DNA from: Candidatus Dojkabacteria bacterium
Lineage (GTDB): Bacteria; Patescibacteriota; Dojkabacteria; GCA-002793355
Length of the DNA stretch: 53,197 nucleotides
Direction: 5' to 3'
Assembly (NCBI GenBank): GCA_015489595.1
Contig: WFZK01000008.1
Coordinates: 1-53,197 of the forward strand
In this document: piece by piece, positions 15,956 through 24,373 of the stretch
Layout: each line of letters begins with the position of its first letter
Position numbering within the stretch: the first letter of the stretch is position 1
Program-made: the position numbers and the translations under genes
The notes under the pieces: model-generated
Databases searched by the model: none
What the model was told of the DNA's origin: nothing
The model's input: the letters and a program-made list of their open reading frames with translations, nothing else

Positions 15956-17761
15956 ATGGGGTTCCTAAGTCGTATCCTAGAATTTTTCGTCCACAAGGCA
16001 AAGAGAACAAGAAGCCGGCTTTATTTCTTAATCCGCAGGTTAGAATCTAGGGCCTGGAGCGCAAGTGCACTTATATTCCTACTTATGGTTTTTACTAAAC
16101 TTTTAGGCTTCATTAAGTTAAGGACAATAGCAGCGTTTTTCGGAGCAAGTAAAGAGCTTGATGTGTTTTGGGCAGCCTTTGCCATCCCGGATTTCGTTTT
16201 TACTCTCCTTATCGCAGGCAGTGTAAACGCAGCGCTTATTCCGGTGTTTATCAAGGTAAGAGAAAAACATTCAGACGCCAAGGTGCGGGAGATACTAAAC
16301 AACGTAATAAATCTAAATATCTTGCTCTGGCTGGGGCTCTGGTTGCTGCTTATTGTGGGGATGCCGGTCGTTGTAGCAGTTATGTATAAGCTTGCTAGCC
16401 TTAAGCTTTTACCTTTTTATTTTAGAGGACTTTTAAGCTATGATAGACAGTACATTAAGCTTTTTATAAGCTTAAGCAGGATTATGTTTTTCTCCCCGTT
16501 TGTTTTAGGGATAAGCAGCATTTTGGGCGCATACCTTAATACTTACAAAAGATTTACACCGGCAGCTGCGGCTCCACTTATGTATAACCTTGGAATCGTT
16601 GTATCGCTATGGATTGCCATGAGGTTTTTCCCAGATGCTGGAGTCTACACATTGGCTTTTAGCGTGATAGTTGGGAGTCTTTTCCATCTGTTGGTGCAGA
16701 TTCCTTCGGTTCTAGAGCTGGGGGTGCGTTTTAGATGGGTCTTAAGGATATCTAGATATGTGAAAGAGATAGTAACGCTGGCTATTCCTAGGATTATGGG
16801 GCTTGCTGTAGAGCAGATCGCTATCTTGTTTGATACTTTCTGGGCTCTTATGCTAGGAGCAGGAGCTTTAAGCATCTTCAGATATGCAACTTCGCTTCAC
16901 CTAATGCCTGTGCATCTTTTTACTAACAGTATCCTGCAGGCAGTTTTTCCAGGACTTAACGAGAATGCCGCAAGAAACGGCAAAAGCTATGAGTTTGTTA
17001 GGCTTTTCTACAAGATCTTTCTTTATATTCTCTGGGGTACCACGTTTATCGCGGTGCTTGTTGTGGTCTTAAAGATCCCTCTTGTTAAGATCCTTCTAGG
17101 TACAGGTAGGTTTACAGATAGAGAGGTGTTTATTACATCCCTTGTACTTGCGGGCTTTGCCGGAGCTATTGTTATGCAGTCTCTGGCGGCTCTTATAATC
17201 CGCGCATTTTATGCCCTCCACGAGACAAAAAAGCCTTTTTTGGCAAGTGTCGTTGGAGTGGTGTTTAACGTAGTTTTCGCGGTTATCTTTAGCAACCTGT
17301 TTAGCCACAAGCCTTTTGTGCACTTCCTAAAGGTAGTTTGGGCTTCAAGGCTTAGGAATTTTTATATTCCTTTCAGCTTGGGAGATCTGGGGCAGTTTCT
17401 CTTGACACGAGGACAAAGTCAGTTCTCTGTGGTGGGGTTGGCTGTGGGGATATCGCTAGCCTTGGTAATTGAAGTTGGGTTTGCGCTTTGGCTGCTAAAC
17501 AAAGAGGTAAAACTTTGGGATGTGTTTAGGGGGAGTCGGGAAATTAAGTTAAAGACATTTGGGATCCTGGTGTTTAACCTTTTGCTTTTCTGGCTGGGGT
17601 TTGTAATCTATGATGCTATAAAGCATGTTACAAGCTCATATTTGGTGCATCTTGTGGTAGTGAGTGGAGTTTTAGGGGTTCTGTATTTGGGTGTCAGTGT
17701 TCTGGTAGAGAAAATTGGGTGGCTAGGTAAGAATTCAAGCTTAACCTCAGGGGGAAATTAG
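15956..17761 (+). CDS. murJ: lipid II flippase MurJ (MviN family)
   Basis: TKLLGFIKLRTIAAFFGASKELDVFWAAFAIPDFVFTLLIAGSVNAALIPVF, with about 14 predicted TM helices. Confidence 0.8.
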   Translation: MGFLSRILEFFVHKAKRTRSRLYFLIRRLESRAWSASALIFLLMVFTKLLGFIKLRTIAAFFGASKELDVFWAAFAIPDFVFTLLIAGSVNAALIPVFIKVREKHSDAKVREILNNVINLNILLWLGLWLLLIVGMPVVVAVMYKLASLKLLPFYFRGLLSYDRQYIKLFISLSRIMFFSPFVLGISSILGAYLNTYKRFTPAAAAPLMYNLGIVVSLWIAMRFFPDAGVYTLAFSVIVGSLFHLLVQIPSVLELGVRFRWVLRISRYVKEIVTLAIPRIMGLAVEQIAILFDTFWALMLGAGALSIFRYATSLHLMPVHLFTNSILQAVFPGLNENAARNGKSYEFVRLFYKIFLYILWGTTFIAVLVVVLKIPLVKILLGTGRFTDREVFITSLVLAGFAGAIVMQSLAALIIRAFYALHETKKPFLASVVGVVFNVVFAVIFSNLFSHKPFVHFLKVVWASRLRNFYIPFSLGDLGQFLLTRGQSQFSVVGLAVGISLALVIEVGFALWLLNKEVKLWDVFRGSREIKLKTFGILVFNLLLFWLGFVIYDAIKHVTSSYLVHLVVVSGVLGVLYLGVSVLVEKIGWLGKNSSLTSGGN

Positions 17762-17784
17762 ACAGCAAGACATAAGAGACTGTG

Positions 17785-17817
17785 GGATGGGGGCAAAATG
17801 GGATTTTGCCCCCATCC
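17785..17817. repeat. solo hairpin (B-type) 24 nt after the murJ stop
   Basis: ggatgggggcaaaat-ggg-attttgcccccatcc forms a 15-bp perfect stem. Confidence 0.8.
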
Positions 17818-17960
17818 TAGGATAGAAGTTGCGACCAAAATAGTTTTGTGATGGCAAAAGAAGGTGTAGATGAGATAAAGAAAGCCGAGGATAAAATCCA
17901 CAGATTTGACCAAATTTGGGGATTGCATTCCACGAATTTGACTGAATTTGTGGAACTTAT

Positions 17961-17966
17961 TATAAT
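17961..17966 (+). promoter_or_regulatory. -10 box TATAAT, 5 nt before ATG 17972
   Basis: Sequence reads ttatTATAATgccttATG. Confidence 0.45.
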
Positions 17967-17971
17967 GCCTT

Positions 17972-19135
17972 ATGGGAAACAGGGGAATAGTGCTAGAAAC
18001 AGAGGAATTTATTCCGCGCCTAATTTATGATCAGGTGGCGGACAAATTAAAGCCTAATCAGGTGGTAGTAATCTACGGAGCAAGGCAAGTAGGGAAAACC
18101 ACTCTTATTAACAAGCTAATAAGCAAGATTAAAAGAAAGTACCTCTTTGTCAACGCTGATTTTTCATCAGAGCGTGAGTGGCTTTCTTCCTTGAATTTGG
18201 AGGTGTATAAAAGATATCTAACAGGGGTAGAATTGTTGGTTATAGATGAGGCGCAGCGGGTAGAGAATATTGGTCTGGCACTAAAAATTATAGTGGACAA
18301 CATTCCTAGCATAAGAGTACTAGTTTCTGGCTCTTCGAGTTTAGAGTTGGCGAACAAAATAAGTGAGCCTCTCACAGGAAGAAAGTATGTGTTTAAGCTT
18401 TATCCTATGGCCGTCAAAGAATTAGAGACCGTGTATGCGAAAAACAGGTTAGTATCTATCCTAGAGGAACTTTTAATTTACGGTCAATATCCAAAGATCT
18501 TCAAGTTAGCTTCTAAGAGTGAAAAAGAGGATTATCTTTTTGAGGTGGCTGAATCGTATCTTTTCAAGGATGTGCTCAACCTAACGAATATCCGCAAGTC
18601 GAGCACTCTTTATAGGCTTTTGCAGTTGCTGGCTTATCAGATAGGATCAGAGGTTTCTGCCAGTAAGTTAAGTAATAGTCTGGATCTAGATAAAAAGACG
18701 GTATTAAAGTACCTTGATTTATTAGAACAGACCTTCGTGATACATTCTTTACCAGCTTTTTCAAGGAATAAAAGAAAGGAGGTAAGTAAATCTCGGAAGT
18801 ATTACTTTTGGGACCTTGGCATAAGGAATGCTTTAATCAAAGACTTTAGATCATTAGATCTTAGAAATGATGTAGGAGGTATATGGGAGAATTTTATCGT
18901 TAATGAGCGTATTAAGTTAGCAGAGTACTTAAATCTCCGAAAAGATTTTTACTTTTGGAGAACATACTGGGGAAGCGAGATCGATTTGGTAGAACAGAGT
19001 GTTTCTGAGTTGATAGGGTTTGAGATTAAATTTGGGACAAAAAGGGTAAAACCTCCTAAGATGTGGACTAACCTTTACCCCCAGGCCAAGTTTTATCTGA
19101 TTAATAAGGAAAATTGGATAGATTGGGTGGGGTAG
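17972..19135 (+). CDS. AAA+ ATPase with a C-terminal PD-(D/E)xK-like domain (DUF4143-type)
   Basis: Walker A VIYGARQVGKTTL, Walker B LLVIDEAQ, and C-terminal SEIDLVEQ...GFEIKFG. It is a paralog of 27419-28678. Confidence 0.7.
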   Translation: MGNRGIVLETEEFIPRLIYDQVADKLKPNQVVVIYGARQVGKTTLINKLISKIKRKYLFVNADFSSEREWLSSLNLEVYKRYLTGVELLVIDEAQRVENIGLALKIIVDNIPSIRVLVSGSSSLELANKISEPLTGRKYVFKLYPMAVKELETVYAKNRLVSILEELLIYGQYPKIFKLASKSEKEDYLFEVAESYLFKDVLNLTNIRKSSTLYRLLQLLAYQIGSEVSASKLSNSLDLDKKTVLKYLDLLEQTFVIHSLPAFSRNKRKEVSKSRKYYFWDLGIRNALIKDFRSLDLRNDVGGIWENFIVNERIKLAEYLNLRKDFYFWRTYWGSEIDLVEQSVSELIGFEIKFGTKRVKPPKMWTNLYPQAKFYLINKENWIDWVG

Positions 19136-19252
19136 GGGCTAATTGAAGGTTATACGGAGGTTATGGAAGAATAGATATGGTTTTTAGTTGAATAGAGGGT
19201 GAGTTACCCTAGTGTGATATAATTTTATATTATAGGACAGCAACAAAGACTT

Positions 19253-20296
19253 ATGACATCTGTTAGTCACTCTCCGGAGGGAGCACCACAAAGGGAGGAA
19301 ACTAGGGTACTTAAGCCACCTTTTGGGTTGGAGCTAGCATCACTTATTACTAACTTCTGGGAGGGCTATGAGAGGCCATATACACCAACAGATGATAATA
19401 TAGGTTTCTGGGCTAGAGCTTGGGTAGAAGATCTTAACGGACTTTTCGGAGGGGAGGTTTTTATAAGAGATACTACTTTAGGGGTTGAAAGGATCTGGGA
19501 TAAAGAGAGCCCTCATAAGGATGTACCTGAGAGGGGAAACTACCGTATTACAACTGGGATGAAAGTGTATCTCTTTAAGGGGAGGGAACCGCAGACTCCG
19601 GAGTGGGTGATAGCTGGACCGCAGAGGGAACCTGATTTATTGATTGTGAGGACAACGCAGGAGAATGAGCAATTTACCATAGAAGAGGGGATTCTATGGA
19701 ATTCCGCTCCCCTCGATAGGAGGGCTTCTCTCAATTGGTTGGCGTCGGAATTACCATGGAAGTTGGTTGACTTGGGTGACTTGTCTCAAGCTGCTGGTAT
19801 GGATCTTCAGGGGTTACTTACTCTCCCCGAGGCTGGGGAACGGTTGTTATCCGCCCGATTAGTTCACGTGGCTGACTTTGTGGTGTGGTTACATCTCCCC
19901 GATGGACTCGTTACTGTCACCGTGGGGGAGTGGTTAGAATTAGGAAGGGATGGGGAGGGAAGACCGGGACAATTTGTTCTTATCACTTATGGGGATAAGA
20001 GACAATTTGAACGTATGCCTCATGATTGTAGGGCTTGTACTTTGTTTGCAGCAAGAGATTTAAGAGACGGACCTTGGTCAGTAGGAGTTAGGGAGCCTTT
20101 TTCATGGATGGATTCCCCTCCTTCTTTGCTACTGAGATCAGGCCGTCGGTGGCGGAGCGGGGATCCTTTACCGGAGTTTAGACTCTACGGTTCCCCTTCT
20201 ACAGGGAAATGGTGGGAGGTCCCACGAGAGCTTTCTCGGTTAATGCTTACTCTACTTACTGTGATAGAGGGGAAAAGTGGTAAGTCTATCGCGTAG
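19253..20296 (+). CDS. hypothetical protein (ORFan, W/R/G/E-rich)
   Basis: 347-aa ORF with no overlapping alternative ORF of comparable size. No motif recognised. Confidence 0.5.
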   Translation: MTSVSHSPEGAPQREETRVLKPPFGLELASLITNFWEGYERPYTPTDDNIGFWARAWVEDLNGLFGGEVFIRDTTLGVERIWDKESPHKDVPERGNYRITTGMKVYLFKGREPQTPEWVIAGPQREPDLLIVRTTQENEQFTIEEGILWNSAPLDRRASLNWLASELPWKLVDLGDLSQAAGMDLQGLLTLPEAGERLLSARLVHVADFVVWLHLPDGLVTVTVGEWLELGRDGEGRPGQFVLITYGDKRQFERMPHDCRACTLFAARDLRDGPWSVGVREPFSWMDSPPSLLLRSGRRWRSGDPLPEFRLYGSPSTGKWWEVPRELSRLMLTLLTVIEGKSGKSIA

Positions 20297-20324
20297 TGGA
20301 GGTGTGCTAGGGTGTGGTTTAAGA

Positions 20325-20472
20325 TTGCATTTTGTCCTCGTCAGGTATCGGCCAGGTTTTTCTATATTAGTAGTAGATCGTTTGCCAGCAGGATAGTTTA
20401 AAACAACCATAGGGATGAGGAATTAAGAGGGCTTGGGCTAAAATCGTAAAAAGTCGATTTTGGCCCAAGCCC
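20325..20472 (-). repeat. mosaic repeat copy, inverted (core plus hairpin A' 20429-20472)
   Basis: 18-bp stem gggcttgggctaaaatcg/cgattttggcccaagccc. The reverse complement of the core reads ttcctcatccctatggttgttttaaactatcc. Confidence 0.75.
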
Positions 20473-20508
20473 TGTCCCCTTCCCATTGATTTTTTCCCCC
20501 ATCTTAGT

Positions 20509-20514
20509 TAGAAT
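20509..20514 (+). promoter_or_regulatory. -10 box TAGAAT (with TTGATT 16 nt upstream), 8 nt before the rplU ATG
   Basis: Sequence reads TTGATTttttcccccatcttagtTAGAATtagccattATG. Confidence 0.45.
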
Positions 20515-20522
20515 TAGCCATT

Positions 20523-20945
20523 ATGAAATTTGCAATAGTGAAAAAGGGTAACCATCAGTATTTTCTAGAGGAGGGTCAGATCTTAGAGATTCCCAGAATA
20601 GCGGCTCCAGAAGGTAAGGATTACGAGTTTACAGAAGTCTTAGCAGCCGGCGATGATAAAGATTTTATCCTTGGAACCCCCGTAATTGAGGGCGCTAAGG
20701 TAGTAGTTTTTGTAGTAAAGCATAAAAAGGGTAAAAAACAGAGCGGGTTTAAGTACAGAGCAAAATCAAGATACAGACGAAGATGGGGTTATAGAACTTT
20801 GTATACTAGAATTAGAGTTAAAAAAGTGGAGGTCCCAGGTCTACAAGAGAGTGGGCAAGCTGGTGAGAGCGGGGGTAAGAAGGAATCAAAGCCAAAGTCT
20901 ACAACAAAGAAGCAGGCTAAAGGGGCAGAAGCTGCCGAAGCCTAA
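20523..20945 (+). CDS. rplU: 50S ribosomal protein L21 with a lysine-rich C-terminal extension
   Basis: MKFAIVKKGNHQYFLEEGQILEIPRI matches the L21 N-terminus. The C-terminal ~40 aa are K/E/G/A-rich. Confidence 0.85.
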   Translation: MKFAIVKKGNHQYFLEEGQILEIPRIAAPEGKDYEFTEVLAAGDDKDFILGTPVIEGAKVVVFVVKHKKGKKQSGFKYRAKSRYRRRWGYRTLYTRIRVKKVEVPGLQESGQAGESGGKKESKPKSTTKKQAKGAEAAEA

Positions 20946-20957
20946 ATATATCTAGCA

Positions 20958-22133
20958 ATGAAGTATTCTCATTTCTTTACACTAGGTACCCACAGGGGTA
21001 TATCTTGGGCCGAAGTTTTAGAGGTTTTTAAGCTAGAGGCGGAGAGTACACAAAGACTTGATTCTTTTCTGCTTGCGAGTCTTAAAAACACAGCCCAGTT
21101 AGATCTGCTATTTAACCGTTTGGCTGGTGCAGTAAAGATGGGAGAGATTATATCTGTAGCTTCTGAAGCCTCTGAGGTGGCAAAAATTATTGTAAGGTAT
21201 TTAGAGCAGGAGAAGTTTAATCCTAAGGCCGTGGTGATTAATGTACACCATAGTAAACTTTCTCCTCGTGATATAAGGATGCGGGTAAAAGAACAGTTTG
21301 GCGGTGGCCTTAAGTTCTTAGGTGATATGAAAAAGCCAAGTTACAACTCCGCTACGACTGCTAAGGCTTTAAGAAAAGAGGGGATAGAGCTCTTAATCTT
21401 TGGCGACGCCGAGCATATCTATATTGGCAGAACTTTGTATGTTCAAGATATCAGCCTCTGGAGTGCTTTAGACTATGAAAAGCCTCACCGGGATATGAAG
21501 ATAGGCATGCTTCCTTCTAAGCTGGCTCGTATAATGCTAAATCTTGCTGGCCTTAAGCCTGATGATGGTTTTTGGGATCCGTTTTGCGGTTTGGGTACAC
21601 TTCTGATGCAGGGGCAGTTTCTGGATCTTTATTCCTATGGTTCTGATATTGATGTGAACACGTTGCGTATGGCGCGAGAAAATGTAGAGTGGCTTTTAAA
21701 GAGGGGTTATGTAAAGAGGCTTAAGTTTAGGGTGTTTAAGTACGATATCAGAAAAGATCCCATGTCGAACAAAATACTAAGGGATATTGCCGGGCGCGGT
21801 AAGTTTAATGCGATCGTAACAGAGGGGTATCTTGGGAAGCCTAGAACCAAGCCGTTTAGTACCAAACGTCAGGTCTTAGCCCAATGGGTTCAGGTTAGAC
21901 CGCTTTATAAGGTGTTTTTGCGGCATGTGTCGTATCTTATTGATCCTGGGGCCAGGGTTGTTTTTGTAGTTCCGAGGTATAGGTTAAAGGGTAGTAATGG
22001 TTGGTATGCTCCTAAGCTAGAGATAAACTTTAAACGATGGAAACCTGTGCGTTTTAACACAGGCCCTTTGATCTGGCAGCACAGCGATAGTATTGTAGCA
22101 AGAGAGTTGGTGGTGGTAGAGAAGAGAGGATGA
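20958..22133 (+). CDS. SAM-dependent methyltransferase (RNA/DNA N-methylase-like)
   Basis: SAM motif I WDPFCGLGTLLMQG, plus SDID and NAIVTEGYLGKP where the motif IV (D/N)PPY box would be. Confidence 0.55.
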   Translation: MKYSHFFTLGTHRGISWAEVLEVFKLEAESTQRLDSFLLASLKNTAQLDLLFNRLAGAVKMGEIISVASEASEVAKIIVRYLEQEKFNPKAVVINVHHSKLSPRDIRMRVKEQFGGGLKFLGDMKKPSYNSATTAKALRKEGIELLIFGDAEHIYIGRTLYVQDISLWSALDYEKPHRDMKIGMLPSKLARIMLNLAGLKPDDGFWDPFCGLGTLLMQGQFLDLYSYGSDIDVNTLRMARENVEWLLKRGYVKRLKFRVFKYDIRKDPMSNKILRDIAGRGKFNAIVTEGYLGKPRTKPFSTKRQVLAQWVQVRPLYKVFLRHVSYLIDPGARVVFVVPRYRLKGSNGWYAPKLEINFKRWKPVRFNTGPLIWQHSDSIVARELVVVEKRG

Positions 22134-22135
22134 TG

Positions 22136-22287
22136 GGAGTTTATGCTAAAATAGAAAAAACGATTTTCGCTTAAAGCTCCTAAAATTGCTGCCTCTGTAT
22201 GAGTTGCCTATTCCTGCTGGAAGATAGCCTACTGTTGATCCTGAAAAAGCAATCTACCTTAGGGTATTCTTACATTTTGCCTCACGG
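22136..22287 (+). repeat. mosaic repeat copy that fills the convergent gap between the methyltransferase and SDR stops
   Basis: Hairpin A ggagtttatgctaaaat.../...attttcgcttaaagctcc (imperfect), then the core, ending in acattttgcctcac (right arm of hairpin B only). Confidence 0.65.
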
Positions 22288-23034
22288 TTAATACTCTCCT
22301 TTCAACATTAAACCTGCATCTACTGTTAATATCTCGCCACAGACGGCAGTGTTTTCTATTAAAAACCATACTGCATCTGCTACCTCTTCGGGCGTAACCC
22401 ATTTTTTAAGTGGTACATCTTTTATCCAATATCTTTTCTCGGCCTTGTCAAGGTCTCCCCACATAGGTGTGAGGGTTCTCCCAGGGGCCACTGCATTAAC
22501 CCTGATCTTTGGAGCAAGAGCCCTTGCTAAGTTTTTCATGTATGAGTTTAGTGCTGCTTTCATGGCGGAGTAAGCGATCGTCTCTGGCATTCCGCTACCT
22601 ATAAATCCAGCAATAGAAGAGATAAAAACAATGCTGCTCCCTTTGGGCATCAGAGGGACTGCTCTTTTTGCAACTTTTATTTGTGCTAGAAAATTAACTT
22701 GAAAGTTGTGTTCGAACACCTCGATTGCAAAAGGGGCTTCCCTTTCGTCGTATATGCCCACGTTGTTTACAAGAACGTGCAAAGTGGGAGTGGTTTTTTT
22801 GATCTGGTCAAACACCTTGTCAAGCTGTGCATCGCTTGTAATATCTGCTTGAAAGAGTTTGGCTTTTCTCCCGTAAGATTGAATAGCTTTTTCGACTTGC
22901 GCTGCACCTGTTTTGTCGGTGCGGTAGATTCCGAAGATATTTAGCCCTTCTCGAGCGAGCCTTTTTGCAATAGCTGCGCCGATGCCTTTACTTGCCCCAG
23001 TGACCAGGGCCCACCTTTCCGACTGTTGCCTCAT
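22288..23034 (-). CDS. SDR-family oxidoreductase (FabG-like)
   Basis: ALVTGASKGIGAAIAKRLAREG, NNVG and YSAMKAAL. Confidence 0.85.
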   Translation of the reverse strand: MRQQSERWALVTGASKGIGAAIAKRLAREGLNIFGIYRTDKTGAAQVEKAIQSYGRKAKLFQADITSDAQLDKVFDQIKKTTPTLHVLVNNVGIYDEREAPFAIEVFEHNFQVNFLAQIKVAKRAVPLMPKGSSIVFISSIAGFIGSGMPETIAYSAMKAALNSYMKNLARALAPKIRVNAVAPGRTLTPMWGDLDKAEKRYWIKDVPLKKWVTPEEVADAVWFLIENTAVCGEILTVDAGLMLKGEY

Positions 23035-23130
23035 TTATATTTAGCTTAACATAAAAATTTCAGATAAGCTAATTTATCACAACGGCGGGTTAAGTGGTAG
23101 AATACGATAGATAAGTTAAGATTATACAAG

Positions 23131-23595
23131 ATGGACGAGCAGGTTCGTAAAAATCTTTTGGAGTATTTAAGAACCCAGAAGCTAATGTCTGTTGCAACTT
23201 ATGGCAAAGAGCCCTGGATCGCTACAGTCTACTATGTGGTGGATGACGATCTAAACCTTTACTTTTTATCTAGCATCAATTCACAGCATGCCCAGGATAT
23301 CCTAAAGAATGGAAAGGTGGCGTGCAATATTTTTGATTCGCATCAGAGGGTGACTGATAAGAAGGTCGGGGTGCAGATCTCAGGAGCCTGCAGGGCGTTT
23401 GAGGATCAAGACAAGATTGAGTGGGTGCTGCGGCAGTGGCATAAGGCTAATCCTAGCTCAAAGTGCGCGGATCTGAAGAAGATTAAAGAGGGCAAGACAG
23501 ATACCAGGGTGTTTTGTGTGACCCCGAAACATATAAAGTTCTTTAATGAGGAGCTTTATCCGGAGAGTAAGGTGGTGGAGGTAAGGATGGGGTGA
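23131..23595 (+). CDS. pyridoxamine 5'-phosphate oxidase-family (split-barrel FMN-binding) protein
   Basis: LMSVATYGKEPWIATVYYVVDDDLNLYFLS in a 154-aa protein. Confidence 0.6.
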   Translation: MDEQVRKNLLEYLRTQKLMSVATYGKEPWIATVYYVVDDDLNLYFLSSINSQHAQDILKNGKVACNIFDSHQRVTDKKVGVQISGACRAFEDQDKIEWVLRQWHKANPSSKCADLKKIKEGKTDTRVFCVTPKHIKFFNEELYPESKVVEVRMG

Positions 23596-23761
23596 GAGGT
23601 AAAGGGTCGCATTCTAGAGTAATATCTATAGAATGTTTGGCCCAAAATAGGAGGTGTGTAGTTTTTATGCTGAGCATGTATTTACGAGATAGGGTTGAAA
23701 TTCAGAGATGACGTGTAGTAATATCTTATAAGTCATACCACTAAATATATAAGAGGTGAAA

Positions 23762-24061
23762 ATGAATTTGCGGAGGCGAGGCCCGAAAAGTGAAAGGGAT
23801 TGGCGGGAAGCTGTTCCGGATGTTGTAGCAGCGGCCTTGGTTGTGTTGTTGGAAATAACTCGTCAGATCTACCAGACTCTTCCAGACGGCTTGAGGAGAG
23901 TGGTAGATCGTTGGCTGGATGGGATTGGTATACCCGAAGTGGCGAAGGAGCCTACCGCAGAGGGACATTCTTCTGGTTCTGCTTCGCCACGACCTCAAGG
24001 AGGGAGTATGACACGGTTAGGAGACGTGGTTGAGACCCCCGGGGGCCATGGGATCTACTAA
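23762..24061 (+). CDS. hypothetical small protein (ORFan)
   Basis: It is preceded by a real Shine-Dalgarno (aaGAGGTGaaaATG), unlike its neighbours. The region is open in three frames, so the call is tentative. Confidence 0.35.
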   Translation: MNLRRRGPKSERDWREAVPDVVAAALVVLLEITRQIYQTLPDGLRRVVDRWLDGIGIPEVAKEPTAEGHSSGSASPRPQGGSMTRLGDVVETPGGHGIY

Positions 24062-24088
24062 TTCTTTTATAGACTCCTTAGATATTTA

Positions 24089-24097
24089 TGCTAAAAT
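24089..24097 (+). promoter_or_regulatory. extended -10 (TGCTAAAAT), 6 nt before the rpmA ATG
   Basis: Sequence reads tgcTAAAATactcacATG. Confidence 0.5.
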
Positions 24098-24103
24098 ACT
24101 CAC

Positions 24104-24370
24104 ATGGCGCATGTTAAATCTGCTGGTGCAACAGCAAATCAAAAAGGGAATGTAGCTGGCAAAAGGTTAGGGCTTAAGGTTGGTGCTGGCCAGATCGTTG
24201 AGCCTGGTATGATTCTTGTCCGCCAGCGGGGTACGAAGTATTATCCGGGTAAGAATACTAAGCTGACGCGCAATTTTGATATAGTCGCGAGGATAAGGGG
24301 GAAAGTGGTTTTTGGTCATATTAGAAGGCCCCATGGGCTTAGGACTGTAATCAATGTGGTCCCTGTTTAG
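24104..24370 (+). CDS. rpmA: 50S ribosomal protein L27
   Basis: MAHVKSAGATANQKGNVAGKRLGLKV...VRQRGTKYYPGKN. Confidence 0.9.
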   Translation: MAHVKSAGATANQKGNVAGKRLGLKVGAGQIVEPGMILVRQRGTKYYPGKNTKLTRNFDIVARIRGKVVFGHIRRPHGLRTVINVVPV

Positions 24371-24373
24371 GGC

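Noticed and set aside
17848-18030. 60-aa ORF upstream of or overlapping the first AAA+ ATPase
   Set aside because: It overlaps the TATAAT box and the ATPase start in another frame, and it has no supporting signals.
19253-20296. Claiming the ORFans are compositionally foreign because they are GC-rich
   Set aside because: Spot counts show that core genes such as gatA and ftsH are similarly about 50% G+C. The clear outliers are the AT-rich ATPase genes, so composition alone does not mark the ORFans as acquired.
23741-24061. Structured ncRNA (RNase P RNA, SRP RNA or tmRNA) in the three-frame-open GC-rich segment upstream of rpmA
   Set aside because: I could not find the conserved RNase P P4 (GGAAAGUCCGG-type), SRP domain IV or tmRNA terminal motifs. 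A good SD plus ATG at 23762 favours a small CDS. The alternative ORFs 23800-24033(+) and 23741-23998(-) are treated as shadows.
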